Assembly: GCA_964016885.1 (NCBI GenBank)
Contig: OZ024740.1
Coordinates: 227,726,001 to 227,790,000 of the forward strand
Origin: Eledone cirrhosa
Lineage: Eukaryota
Length of the DNA stretch: 64,000 nucleotides
Direction: 5' to 3'
Shown: in pieces, positions 1 through 12,700 of the stretch
Layout: every line of letters starts with the position of its first letter
Numbering within the stretch: position 1 is the stretch's first letter
Program-made: the position numbers and the translations under genes
The notes under the pieces: model-generated
The model's database searches: none
Told to the model about the DNA's origin: nothing
What the model saw: only the letters and a program-made list of their open reading frames with translations

Positions 1-37
1 TTAAAAGTAAAGAAATATATTCACAATTAGAACTCAC

Positions 38-328
38 CAGATTTTTTACTTGAATGTTCCTCTTTGGCCGAAGGAGAGAAGATGAATTCATAGAAGATTG
101 TTTAGGAGTTACAAGATTCTTCCGAGTCATGATGGCTTTTTGGTGGTGCTGCTGCTGCTGCTTCTGCTGCTGTGGTAGCTGTTGCTGTAGTTGTTGTTGA
201 TGGTGATGATGATGGTGATGGTGAGGATGATGATGGTGATGGTGATGGTGATGCTGCAGCTGCAACACACCATCACACCTGGAAGTAGGCAATAAGGCAA
301 CTTTCTTTCGGCCAGTCATCATAATTTC
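38..328 (-). CDS. Putative host-gene coding exon encoding a poly-His/poly-Gln low-complexity segment; gene continues beyond the left window edge
   Basis: Minus strand has a strong acceptor (TTTGTTCTTTTTTCCTTTCCAG|) and a consensus donor (CTG|GTGAGT). The 291 nt between them are 97 open codons in phase 0: EIMMTGRKKVALLPTSRCDGVLQLQ-H9-P-H8-QQQLQQQLPQQQKQQQQHHQKAIMTRKNLVTPKQSSMNSSSLLRPKRNIQVKNL. The other two frames stop early. No recognisable domain. Confidence 0.65.
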
Positions 329-1064
329 CTGGAAAGGAAAAAAGAACAAACACATTTTTGAAATTTGAAACTTAAGTAATACAAAAAAAAAAATGAGGAC
401 AAAAACTAATATATATTTTTGTTTAGAAAAAAAAGGAAAATGACAGAAATTGAAAGAAAAAAAAGAAAATCTTTAAAATTACAAACAAAACTTGAAAATC
501 TATTTTCACTGAAGAAAATTTGCAAACATATGCTTATTTATTTGAAATACAACTGTACCGTTCATCATAAATATGGTAATAAGAGAGTTTTAAGCCCTTC
601 ATTACCATATTTCTAATGAAAAACACTGCCTATTACTTTCAATTAATTTTTAAAATAGTAAAAAAAAAAAAATGTGGTGGGGATTTTGTGAACTAACTTT
701 CTCCTTATTTACCTGGTGTTGGGCCATAAACTTGAATATATATTTTTTTTTAAATGATTGTTACAGCTACAATGTAATTGATAAGTCTTCTGTTGGGCCT
801 CCAAGAGAAAATTTGCAAATTGAACAAAGAGGACCTCCCCCTCTCCACTAAGGAGAGAGGGAGGTCTTCTTAAAATTCTTAGCGAGAGGGGTGAGATTTT
901 TTTCATTTTAGATGTTCTCTCAAATATCCACACATCCCTAATTGGTTCTCTGAGCCACAGATTGAAATATTAGCTGAAAACCCTTCATATAGGCTTTTCT
1001 ATTAGGGCTTCCCTGGACTAAATAATAACAACAACCAATATACAGTAAATCCAACAGTCTTTAA

Positions 1065-1289
1065 CCTTTTAGCATTTAAACTGGCTGTATCCAGCCAGAA
1101 TTCTCTCACCTCTTTCTGTTCAAAACAGCTGTGGACTGGAGGAACGTGAAGTAAAGTGACATTAAGGTATTGTTCTCAAAATAAATAATATGGAAATCTT
1201 GTAGATTTGATATTATGTGAGATAATTATGAAGTAAAGCCATTACCGTGAAAATATAATAGTAAATATAGTTATGTAAATGCTAAAGAG
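1065..1289. mobile_element. piggyBac-like MITE, family A (older copy)
   Basis: TTAA on both sides; ends CCTTTTAGCATTTA...TAAATGCTAAAGAG; interior aligns with 56571-56788. Confidence 0.75.
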
Positions 1290-1299
1290 TTAAAGAATG

Positions 1300-1925
1300 T
1301 AGGCGCTTGGCTTAATGGCAAGGAATGCTTGGCTCATAAGAATAAAACCATGAGTTCAATTCCCAGAAGTGTGTTGTGTCCTTCAGCAAGGCACTTTTAT
1401 TTCACATTCCTCCAGTCCACTGTACCCTTGAACAAGACATTTTATTTCACATTGCTCCAGTCCACTATATCCTTGAGCAAGACATTTTATTTCACGTTCC
1501 TCCAGTCAACTGTGTCCTTGAGCAAGACACTTTATTTCACATTCCTCCAGTCCTGTGTCTTTGAGCAAGACACTTTATTTCACGTTCCTCCAGTCCACTG
1601 TATCTTTGAGCATGACACTTTATTGCACGTTCCTCCAATCCTGTGTCCTTGAGCAAGACACTTTATTTCACGTTCCTCCAGTCCACTGTATCTTTGAGCA
1701 TGACACTTTATTGCACGTTCCTCCAATCCTGTGTCCTTGAGCAAGACACTTTATTTCACGTTCCTCCAGTCCACTGTATCTTTGAGCATGACACTTTATT
1801 GCACGTTCCTCCAATCCACTCAGCTGACAAAAATGGGTTGTACCTGTGATTGAAAGGACCAGCCTTGTCACAAACTGTCATGCTGAATCTTTCCCTAAGA
1901 TCTACATTAAAAGGTACCAGTGTCT
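1300..1925 (+). mobile_element. tRNA-derived CORE-like SINE with internally amplified central domain
   Basis: A box TGGCTTAATGG, B box GAGTTCAATTCC, then the CORE-like motif TGTGTCCTTGAGCAAGACACTTT repeated about 10 times. Confidence 0.7.
1375..1820 (+). repeat. 43/45-bp minisatellite with 88-bp higher-order unit
   Basis: Alternating units TGTGTCCTTGAGCAAGACACTTTATTTCACGTTCCTCCAGTCCAC and TGTATCTTTGAGCATGACACTTTATTGCACGTTCCTCCAATCC; 88-bp period in the 3' half. Confidence 0.9.
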
Positions 1926-2150
1926 GTTATACTTTGTTATAAATATTGTCACACATATAGTGATACAATGGGTAGTACTATATCACTTTACCCTCAGAAG
2001 AATCATAAATCTTTATTTATCATTACTGAATGGCTGAATTGTAAAAACTGGAATTTATTACATTGATAATTAACAAAATTAACACTATTAAATATTAAAA
2101 TTTATTTCTGTGGCCTAAATATCAATATTTACACACACACACACACACAC

Positions 2151-2808
2151 AGGGCCCTGGCTCAGGTAAATATCCCCTCAGTTCTGGAGCCAGCTGGTTT
2201 ATCCAGAAGTGATGGGAAGAGATCAGACGGCCTTATCTGGGATATCATAGGCGTTGGTTCTTTTGCTCCCTCCCATGTATGGACACTGCGGTAAATATGA
2301 GGGTCACTGTTTCCACTGCCAAACTGAATGAAATACCTGGATTTATCTAATAATCCTTTTTTCCAGTCTGAGGCATTCAACACGTTTGGTGGAGTCGGGC
2401 TGCTGACAGCGAAGTCCTTGTTATTGCTGGCAGCTCACCTTACTGAGGTGTCAGATGATGCCCGTGAGGGTGCCTGGTTGTTTCAGTGCTTTGGCCTCGC
2501 CATCACCCGTGGTAATGTATCAAGCATGTTGGCTTAGCTCAAAGTGTTCCACTGACCCTGGTGATATGTCGCTAACTGTCACACTTCATCGTGAATTGAT
2601 GGCTGTTTTCGTTCCCCTCCCCCTCCCCCTCTTTTATTCTATATTTTTCTTTTTATTTTCTTTCTCTCGCTCTGGCCATGTATTTTGGTGCGCTGTTTTT
2701 GTGAGGTTCCTGGCAATGGTTGGTTGTAATTGTTTTATGCATTTATATATGTGTTTATCAATGGCATCATATTTGTAATGCTATTCTGAAATAATTGTGA
2801 GCTATTTG

Positions 2809-2810
<2 letters not shown>
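2151..2810 (+). mobile_element. 5'-truncated CRE-like non-LTR retrotransposon remnant (restriction-like endonuclease domain plus probable 3' UTR)
   Basis: Translates with a stop and frameshift as [31 protein letters not shown]...KYLDL...FNTFGGVG...DDAREGAWLFQCFGLAITRGNVSSMLA* (stop at 2537). This matches the LEPxGL..DGKRPDG..WD..KY..ETLG..QRLSIAIQRGN pattern of CRE-type RLE domains. Flanked by (CA)n and (TA)n. Confidence 0.75.
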
Positions 2811-2851
<41 letters not shown>

Positions 2852-2878
2852 TGTATATATAGTATATTTTGCAATACA

Positions 2879-3182
2879 CTGTATGCTTAATTAAAAGCAT
2901 TTTGAAGACCATACGCTATTGTTTTAAAGTAGTGACAATGTCACTTACTTAAATTTTCAGCAAATAGGGGAGATAAGCTGATGGTGTCAGTTCCTGATTA
3001 TTACTGGAATTCTATAAGAATCCAACACACATAATTTTCAGCAAACAGGAAGAGTAGTGAGCTTTGATAAGTACCAACAAGTACGAAAGAGAGCACTGTC
3101 AGCTTATCTCCCCTGTTTGCTGAAAATTTAAGTAAGTAACATTGTCACTACTTTTTCAAAATGCTTTTAATTAAGCATACAG
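2879..3182. repeat. Inverted repeat (about 90-110-bp arms) enclosing a degenerate hammerhead-like motif
   Basis: CTGTATGCTTAATTAAAAGCATTTTGAA...GAGATAAGCTGA is mirrored at 3095-3182. The spacer holds TTGATAA-GTAC-CAACAA-GTAC-GAAA (3064-3088). Confidence 0.7.
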
Positions 3183-3390
3183 TCATCATCATCATCATCA
3201 CCGTTTTACGTCCGTTCTTCCACGCTAACATGGGTTAGACGGGTTGTCCTGTTGTGTGCAGTGTCTGGTCGGCTGACCATTCCTTGCTCATACAGGAACT
3301 GATCTGGCTTGATTTCTACAGGATGCCCTTCCTAACACCAACCTCATTTACAGTGAGTGCTGGGTGCTTTTTCGTGGCGCCTACACGATA
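3183..3390 (-). mobile_element. RTE LINE 3'-end fragment with (GAT)n tail
   Basis: Reverse complement of the 3' UTR seen at about 61780-61985. Confidence 0.8.
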
Positions 3391-3467
3391 TATACATTAA
3401 TATATATATCGCTATACATTAATATATATATCGCTATTTCAGAGCACCAATTCTAATTTTATATATA

Positions 3468-3523
<56 letters not shown>

Positions 3524-3679
3524 TAATATATTATTTAATAAAAATACAACTCACAGTTATATGAATAAGATCTCAACACAAAAGCAATTGAGACCTTATT
3601 CATATAATATATTTTGGCTCTGTACGTTACATAGAGTGCTTTTTGTCCTTGATCTATTCTCTGGGAACTCTAGAGACTT

Positions 3680-4380
3680 GCTTTGAGGTATATAGCTACG
3701 TTCCTTTACGATCTGAGTTCAAATCCTGTTGATGTTAGCTTTGCCTATCGTCTTTACGGGATCAACAAAATAAAGCACCAGTAATGCACTGGGGTCGATT
3801 TAATCGACTTTCCTTCACTCCCAAAATTGCTGGCTTTGTGCCTATAGTATAAATTATTATTATTATCTTATATTTTCATTGTTAAATTGGTTTTGCCATT
3901 GTGCAGTTTTACTCGAGCTTATTGTAAACCCCCACTGTCCGTGTCTTTGTATTGTCCCCTACATGTCGGTCCTTGTGACTAATAAATGAAATCATTATTA
4001 TGAGGTTGACTTTGCCTTTCATCCTTACGGGGTCGATAAAATAAAGTACCAGTAATGCACTAGGTAATTGCTGGCCTTGTGCCAAAAAGTAGAAACAATT
4101 ATTATTATTATGTGATGAAATTTAAAAACTCTTCATTGTGCAGATATTGGGTGAACTTGTTTCTATTTTCCCAAGCCAATCATTGTAAACAGAGATTATA
4201 CTAACGATTTCTGAATTGGGCACAAGGGCAATTTTTTTTAGGGATGGGGGAGGGAGGGTTACGTGAGTGGTACTTTATTTTATCGACCTCGGAAGGATGA
4301 AAAGCAAAGTATACCCCGGTCGTGGGTGACTAAATACCGCAAAGCAAATTGTCCGACGCTCTACTGATTCTGACTATCCA
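3680..4380. mobile_element. Three copies or fragments of the tRNA-SINE with the GCCTTTCATCCTTACGGGGTCGATAAAAT core (3680-3860 +, 4003-4110 +, 4200-4380 -)
   Basis: B box GAGTTCAAATCC, shared core and (ATT)n tail, same architecture as the 55566-57210 copies. Confidence 0.75.
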
Positions 4381-5097
4381 CAAACCTAGTACTCGAAGAA
4401 CAATTATAATTGTTCCAGTTGTAATAATTAATTTACAATAAATAAAATCATGGTGAGATAATCTACTTGTTAAAGACACGATTTGCCTCCCTTGCTTCTT
4501 TTTAAATCATCAAAAATACAATAAGCAGCCGATTTCGACTAAATCAATTATTTGGCTTCAATTCTTCTCAGTTACGCCCAGATTCCAAATAATAAGGAAA
4601 GGATAGGAGGGGGGTACTTTTTCTGTCTGTTATTTTTTCTAAAAAAAAGAAAACAGGATTAGTCGCTTAGTTTACATATTTCTTTTATAATGTATGGGAT
4701 TTCTAGTAATGTACTTTTTTTGTCATATTTAATGTATTTTAATGTCTAGAGAAAATTAATTGTCGCGGGAATGCTACCACTTAAAATAAAATTTCGCCGG
4801 AGATAGTAAAATTTAATAAGCGAGACCCGAGCGTAAGACACTTCGTTTATACACCTAGCTCTACATAAATACCTCCTCGTGTAACTAAAAAAAAATGAAT
4901 GATTTCGTACGGTTTTGAGGGTCAGATTCGTTCAAAACACATTTTTTAAATGTAGGAAAGGTTTTAATGAAGTCTCCGAGTGTGGGAAACTCCGGGGTTA
5001 GCCGTCACCCCCCCCCCCCCCCCCCCTCACACACACACAAAACAAATACACGTGAAAGTCGGTGAGTACATGAGTATATGGACAAGGTGAAACTCCA

Positions 5098-5480
5098 CTC
5101 CATTTTCAGCTGAGTATAGGGGAGCAACGTAAAATGGAGTGTTTTGCTCAAGAACACAACACACAACTCAGGCCAGGAATTGAACCCACGACATTATGAT
5201 CGTAAATCCAACACCCTTACCACTGGGCCACGCGCCTCCACATATTAATAAATACTATTTCTAAAATAATTTTTGTTTCATTTAACTCCTTTGATATACT
5301 CTGGTTCTATGACAAAAAATGTTTTATACCTGGGCACTCACGGTATGATTTTGGGGAAGGAGAAAGTCGATTAAATCGACCCCAGTATTATATTTTATCG
5401 ACCCCGTAAGGATGAAAGGCAAAGCTAACCTCGGCGGGATTTGAACACAGATCGTAAAGGGGTGCTCTGTGTTCAAATCA
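5098..5480 (-). mobile_element. CORE-like SINE head (5098-5240) and core-SINE fragment (5330-5480)
   Basis: Reverse-complement tRNA A and B boxes plus family motifs repeated elsewhere in the window. Confidence 0.7.
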
Positions 5481-5539
5481 CGGTATAATATGTACTCCAA
5501 AGATTGATTCAACAGAAATATGTTTGATACTCATAAGCA

Positions 5540-5571
<32 letters not shown>

Positions 5572-5580
5572 CATATATAT

Positions 5581-5646
<66 letters not shown>

Positions 5647-5869
5647 TAATAAATGAACAGAGAACAAAAAACAGAGAGGCAATACAAATGATATTAGTAT
5701 TAGTTTCACGCTTGACAGGGGGGGGGGGGATATATGTGTGTGTGCGTGTGTGTATGTACCATAGTTCGAGTATTAGTTGGCGTCAAGGAGTGCATGTAGC
5801 CGTACGCAAGTCTCATCCAACCCATGCTGGGAAGGCATAAAATCGACAACACGGAGGAGGAGGAGAGAA

Positions 5870-6592
5870 TTTGGTGGTGGCAGTGATGGTAATGATGATG
5901 CTGGTGATATAGTGATGGTGATGATGTTTGAGGTGGTAGTGGTGGTGGTGGTTGCTATTGTGATGGTGGAAGTGATAGTGGTAGTGGTGGTGGTGGTGGT
6001 GGTGGCTATTGTGATGGTGGAAGTGATAGTGGTGGTGGTTATTGTGATGGTGGAAGTGATAGTGGTGGTGGTTATTGTGATGGTGGTTATTGTGATGGTG
6101 GAAATGGTGGTGATGACAGTGGTGGTAGTGGTTCTGAATTTCCTAGCATTCATGCTGTGTTTAAAGTATAGTAAAACTATTACTGTTGTACTTACAACAA
6201 ACATATTTTATCTAAATTCTTTTTTTTTTTTCATTATTTTATGTTCTTATGAAGTAGAATCTACTTATCAGAGCAATTAAGACCAAAATAAAAGTAACTA
6301 GTAGTGGTGGAGGTGGTGGTGATGGTGATAGTGTTGGTAATGACAATGGTGGTGATAGTGGAGATGATTGATAGTGTGGTGGAGGTGGTTGTGGTAATGA
6401 AGGTGATGTTGGTGATGATAGTGATAATGGGGGGAGGGGGGGGGGTCTTGATAATAGAAGAAGTGATGATGATGGATGGTAGTGTTGGTGATGATAAATA
6501 TAGGAGTGATGATGGTGGTGGTGATAGTGGGAGGGTGGCTAAAACTGGTAATGACAGTGGTAAAGGTGGTGATGATGATGATGGTGGTGGTT
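5870..6592. repeat. Degenerate (GTG/GAT)n trinucleotide tracts
   Basis: Direct inspection; source of the poly-V and poly-T ORFs. Confidence 0.85.
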
Positions 6593-6714
6593 AAGTGATT
6601 CTACTAGTTGAACTTAACATTAACATTTGCAGTAGACATATTTTGTTGTTATTTTATAATTAAGTTATGAGAACAGGTGTGGACACTCAATTCCAAATGG
6701 CAAAGTGTGAGAAA

Positions 6715-9700
6715 GAGAGGTTTTGGATGAGAGGGGGAAGAGAGAAAGCAAGGTCTTGGGTGAGAGAGAGAAAGAGAGGTCTTGAGTGAGAGAGAGAAAG
6801 AGAGGTCTTGGGTGAGAGAGAGAAAGAGAGGTCTTGGGTGAGAGAAAGAGAGGTCTTGGGTGAGAGAAAGAGAGGTCTTGGGTGAGAGAAAGAGAGGTCT
6901 TGGGTGAGAAAGAGAAAGAGAGGTCTTGGGTGAGAGAGAGAAAGAGAGGTCTTGAGTGAGAGAGAGAAAAAGAGGTCTTGAGTGAGAGAGAGAAAGGGAG
7001 TTCTTGGGTGAGAGAGAGAAAGAGAGGTCTTCAGTGAGAGAGAGAAAGAGAGGTCTTGGGTGAGAAAGAGAAAGAGAGGTCTTGGGTGAGAGAGAGAAAG
7101 AGAGGTCTTGAGAGAAAGAGAGGTCTTGAGTGAGAGAGAGAAAGGGAGGTCTTGAGTGAGGGAGAGAAAGGGAGGTCTTGAGTGAGAGAGAAAGAGGTCT
7201 TGGGTGAGAAAGAGGTCTTGGGTGAGAAAGAGAAAGAGAGGTCTTGGGTGAGAGAGAGAAAGAGAGGTCTTGAGAGAAAGAGAAGTCTTGAGTGAGAGAG
7301 AGAAAGGGAGGTCTTGAGTGAGGGAGAGAAAGGGAGGTCTTGAGTGAGAGAGAAAGAGGTCTTGGGTGAGAGAAAGAGAGTTCTTGGATGAGAGAGAGAA
7401 AGAGAGGTCTTGGGTGAGAGAGAGAAAGAGAGGTCTTCAGTGAGAGAGAGAGAGGTATTGAGTGAGAGAGAGGTCTTGAGTGAGAGAGAGAGAGAGGGGT
7501 CTTGAGTGAGAGAGAGAAAGAGAGGTCTTGGGTGAGAGAGAGAAAGAGAGGTCTTGGGTGAGAAAGAGAAAGAGAGGTCTTGGGTGAGAAAGAGAAAGAG
7601 AGGTCTTGGGTGAGAGAAAGAGAGGTCTTGAGTGAGAGAGAGAAAGAGAGGTCTTGAGTGAGAGAGAGAAAGGGAGTTCTTGGGTGAGAGAGAGAAAGAG
7701 AGGTCTTCAGTGAGAGAGAGAAAGAGAGGTCTTGGGTGAGAGAGAGAAAGAGAGGTCTTGGGTGAGAGAGAGGTCTTGGTTGAGTGAGAAAGAGAGGTCT
7801 TGGGTGAGAGAGAGAAAGAGAGGTCTTGGGTGAGAAAGAGAAGTCTTGGGTGAGAGAGAGAAAGAGAGGTCTTGAGTGAGAAAGAGAGTTCTTGGGTGAG
7901 AGAGAGAAAGAGAGGTCTTGAGTGAGAGAGAGGTCTTGAGTGAGAGAGAGGTCTTGAGTGAGAGAGAGAAAGAGAGGTCTTGGGTGAGAGAAAGAGAGTT
8001 CTTGGGTGAGAGAGAGAAAGAGAGGTCTTGAGTGAGAGAGAGAGGTCTTGAGTGAGAGAGAGGTCTTGAGTGAGAGAGAGAGATGGGTCTTGAGTGAGAG
8101 AGAGAAAGAGAGGTCTTGGGTGAGAGAGAGAAAGAGAGGTCTTGGGTGAGAGAGGGAAAGAGAGGTCTTGGTTGAGTGAGAAAGAGAGGTGTTGGGTGAG
8201 AGAGAGAAAGAGAGGTCTTGGGTGAGAAAGAGAAAGAGAGGTCTTGGGTGAGAGAGAGAAAGAGAGGTCTTGAGTGAGAGAGAGAAAGGGAGGTCTTGAG
8301 TGAGAGAGAGAAAAGGAGGTCTTGAGTGAGAGAGAGAAAGAGAGGTCTTGGGTGAGAGAGAGAAAGAGAGGTCTTCAGTGAGAGAGGGAGAGGTCTTGAG
8401 TGAGAGAGAGGTCTTGAGTGAGAGAGAGAGAGAGAGGGGTCTTGAGTAAGAGAGAGAAAGAGAGGTCTTGGGTGAGAGAGAGAAAGAGGTCTTGAGTGAG
8501 AGAGAGAAAGGGAGATCTTGAGTGAGAGAGAGAAAAAGGTCTTGAGAGAGAGAGAAAGAGAGGTCTGGAGTGAGAGAGAGAAAGAGGGGTCTTGAGTGAG
8601 AGAGAGAAAGAGAGGTCTTGGGTGAGAGAGAGAAAGAGAGGTCTTGGGTGAGAAAGAGAAAGAGAGGTCTTGGGTGAGAGAGAAAGAGAGGTCTTGAGTG
8701 AGAAAGAGAGTTCTTGGGTGAGAGAGAGAAAGAGAGGTCTTGAGTGAGAGAGAGGTCTTGAGTGAGAGAGAGGTCTTGAGTGAGAGAGAGGTCTTGAGTG
8801 AGAGAGAGAGATGGGTCTTGAGTGAGAGAGAGAAAGAGAGGTCTTGGGTGAGAGAGAGAAAGAGAGGTCTTGGGTGAGAGAGGGAAAGAGAGGTCTTGGT
8901 TGAGTGAGAAAGAGAGGTCTTGGGTGAGAGAGAGAAAGAGAGGTCTTGGGTGAGAAAGAGAAAGAGAGGTCTTGGGTGAGAGAGAGAGAAAGAGAGGTCT
9001 TGAGTGAGAGAGAGAAAGAGAGGTCTTGAGTGAGAGAGAGAAAGAGGTCTTGAGTGAGAAAGAGAAGTCTTGAGTGAGAGAGAGAAAGGGAGGTCTTGAG
9101 TGAGAGAGAGAAAGAGGTCTTGGGTGAGAGAAAGAGAGTTCTTGGGTGAGAGAGAGAAAGAGAGGTCTTGAGTGAGAGAGAGAGGTCTTGAGTGAGAGAG
9201 AGGTCTTGAGTGAGAGAGAGAGATGGGTCTTGAGTGAGAGAGAGAAAGAGAGGTCTTGGGTGAGTGAGAAAGAGAGGTCTTGGGTGAGAGAGAGAAAGAG
9301 AGGTCTTGGGTGAGAAAGAGAAAGAGAGGTCTTGGGTGAGAGAGAGAAAGAGAGGTCTTGAGTGAGAGAGAGAAAGGGAGGTCTTGAGTGAGAGAGAGAA
9401 AAGGAGGTCTTGAGTGAGAGAGAGAAAGAGAGGTCTTGGGTGAGAGAGAGAAAGAGAGGTCTTCAGTGAGAGAGGGAGAGGTCTTGAGTGGGAGAGAGGT
9501 CTTGAGTGAGAGAGAGGTCTTGAGTGAGAGAGAGAGAGAGGGGTCTTGAGTGAGAGAGAGAAAGAGAGGTCTTGGGTGAGAGAGAGAAAGAGGTCTTCAG
9601 TGAGAGAGAGAAAGGGAGGTCTTGAGTGAGAGAGAGAAAAAGGTCTTGAGAGAGAGAGAAAGAGAGGTCTGGAGTGAGAGAGAGAAAGAGGGGTCTTGAG

Positions 9701-12700
9701 TGAGAGAGAGAAAGAGAGGTCTTGGGTGAGAGAGAGAAAGAGAGGTCTTGGGTGAGAGAGAGAAAGAGAGGTCTTGGGTGAGAGAGAGAAAGAGAGGTCT
9801 TGGGTGAGAGAGAGAAAGAGAGGTCTTGGGTGAGAGAGAGAAAGAGAGGTCTTGGTTGAGTGAGAAAGAGAGGTCTTGGGTGAGAGAGAGAAAGAGAGGT
9901 CTTGGGTGAGAAAGAGAAAGAGAGGTCTTGGGTGAGAGAGAGAAAGAGAGGTTTTGGGTGAGAAAGAGAAAGAGAGGTCTTGGGTGAGAGAGAGAAAGAG
10001 AGGTATTGAGAGAAAGAGAGGTCTTGAGTGAGAGAGAGAAAGGGAGGTCTTGAGTGAGGGAGAGAAAGGGAGGTCTTGAGTGGGAGAGAAAGAGGTCTTG
10101 GGTGAGAAAGAGAAAGAGAGGTCTTGGATGAGAGAGAGAAAGAGAGGTCTTGAGAGAAAGAGAGGTCTTGAGTGAGAGAGAGAAAGGGAGGTCTTGAGTG
10201 AGGGAGAGAAAGGGAGGTCTTGAGTGAGGGAGAGAAAGGGAGGTCTTGAGTGAGAGAGAAAGAGGTCTTGGGTGAGAGAAAGAGAGTTCTTGGATGAGAG
10301 AGAGAAAGAGAGGTCTTGGGTGAGAGAGAGAAAGAGAGGTCTTCAGTGAGAGAGAGAGAGGTCTTGAGTGAGAGAGAGAGAGAGAGGGGTCTTGAGTGAG
10401 AGAGAGAAAGAGAGGTCTTGGGTGAGAGAGAGAAAGAGAGGTCTTCAGTGAGAGAGAGAAAGAGAGGTTTTGGGTGAGAGAGAGAAAGAGAGGTCTTGGG
10501 TGAGAGAGAGGTATTGGTTGAGTGAGAAAGAGAGGTCTTGGGTGAGAAAGAGAAAGAGAGGTCTTGGGTGAGAGAGAGAAAGAGAGGTCTTGAGTGAGAA
10601 AGAGAGGTCTTGAGTGAGAGAGAGAAAGGGAGGTCTTGAGTGAGAGAGAGAAAGAGAGGTCTTGGGTGAGAGAAAGAGAGTTCTTGGGTGAGAGAGAGAA
10701 AGAGAGGTTTTGAGTGAGAGAGAGAGGTCTTGAGTGAGAGAGAGGTCTTGAGTGAGAGAGAGAGATGGGTCTTGAGTGAGAGAGAGAAAGAGAGGTCTTG
10801 GGTGAGAGAGAGAAAGAGAGGTCTTGGGTGAGAGAGGGAAAGAGAGGTCTTGGGTGAGAGAGAAAGAGAGGTCTTGGGTGAGAGAGAGAAAGAGAGGTCT
10901 TGGGTGAGAAAGAGAGGTCTTGGGTGAGAGAGAGAAAGAGAGGTCTTGAGTGAGAGAGAGAAAGGGAGGTCTTGAGTGAGAGAGAGAAAAGGAGGTCTTG
11001 AGTGAGAGAGAGAAAAAGAGGTCTTGAGTGAGAGAGAGAAAAAGAGGTCTTGAGAGAGAGAGAAAGAGAGGTCTGGAGTGAGAGAGAGAAAGAGGGGTCT
11101 TGAGTGAGAGAGAGAAAGAGAGGTCTTGGGTGAGAGAGAGAAAGAGAGGTCTTGGGTGAGAGAGAGAAAGAGAGGTCTTGAGTGAGAGAGAGAAAGAGAG
11201 GTCTTGAGTGAGAGAGAGAGGTCTTGGGTGAGAGAGAGAAAGAGAGGTCTTGGGTGAGAGAAAGAGAGGTCTTGGGTGAGAGAAAGAGAGGTCTTGAGTG
11301 AGAGAGAGGTCTTGAGTGAGAGAGAAAGAGAGGTATTGGGTGAGAGAGAGAAAGAGAGGTCTTGGGTGAGAGAGAGGAAGAGAGGTCTTCAGTGAGAGAG
11401 AGAGAGGTCTTGAGTGAGAGAGAGAGAGAGAGGGGTCTTGAGTGAGAGAGAGAAAGAGAGGTCTTGGGTGAGAGAGAGAAAGAGAGGTTTTGGGTGAGAA
11501 AGAGAGGTCTTGGGTGAGAGAGAGAAAGAGAGGTCTTCAGTGAGAGAGAGAAAGAGAGGTTTTGGGTGAGAGAGAGAAAGAGAGGTCTTGGGTGAGAGAG
11601 AGGTATTGGTTGAGTGAGAAAGAGAGGTCTTGGGTGAGAGAGAGAAAGAGAGGTCTTGGGTGAGAAAGAGAAAGAGAGGTCTTGGGTGAGAGAGAGAAAG
11701 AGAGGTCTTGAGTGAGAAAGAGAGGTCTTGAGTGAGAGAGAGAAAGGGAGGTCTTGAGTGAGAGAGAGAAAGAGAGGTCTTGGGTGAGAGAAAGAGAGTT
11801 CTTGGGTGAGAGAGAGAAAGAGAGGTTTTGAGTGAGAGAGAGAGGTCTTGAGTGAGAGAGAGGTCTTGAGTGAGAGAGAGAGATGGGTCTTGAGTGAGAG
11901 AGAGAAAGAGAGGTCTTGGGTGAGAGAGAGAAAGAGAGGTCTTGGGTGAGAGAGGGAAAGAGAGGTCTTGGGTGAGAGAGAAAGAGAGGTCTTGGGTGAG
12001 AGAGAGAAAGAGAGGTCTTGGGTGAGAAAGAGAGGTCTTGGGTGAGAGAGAGAAAGAGAGGTCTTGAGTGAGAGAGAGAAAGGGAGGTCTTGAGTGAGAG
12101 AGAGAAAAGGAGGTCTTGAGTGAGAGAGAGAAAAAGAGGTCTTGAGTGAGAGAGAGAAAAAGAGGTCTTGAGAGAGAGAGAAAGAGAGGTCTGGAGTGAG
12201 AGAGAGAAAGAGGGGTCTTGAGTGAGAGAGAGAAAGAGAGGTCTTGGGTGAGAGAGAGAAAGAGAGGTCTTGGGTGAGAGAGAGAAAGAGAGGTCTTGAG
12301 TGAGAGAGAGAGGTCTTGGGTGAGAGAGAGAAAGAGAGGTCTTGGGTGAGAGAAAGAGAGGTCTTGGGTGAGAGAAAGAGAGGTCTTGAGTGAGAGAGAG
12401 GTCTTGAGTGAGAGAGAGAAAGAGAGGTATTGGGTGAGAGAGAGAAAAAGAGGTCTTGAGTGAGAGAGAGAAAGAGAGGTCTTGAGTGAGAGAGAGAGGT
12501 CTTGAGTGAGAGAGAGAAAGAGAGGTCTTGAGTGAGAGAGAAAGAGAGGTCTTGAGTGAGAGAGAGAAAGAGAGGTCTTGAGTGAGAGAGAAAGAGAGGT
12601 ATTGGGTGAGAGAGAGAGAAAGAGAGGTATTGGGTGAGAGAGAGAGAAAGAGAGGTCTTGAGTGAGAGAGAGAAAGAGAGGTCTTGAGTGAGAGAGGGAA

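Noticed and set aside
5773-6594. Poly-V and poly-T ORFs resembling membrane or mucin proteins
   Set aside because: Trinucleotide repeats open on both strands, with no convincing splice sites.
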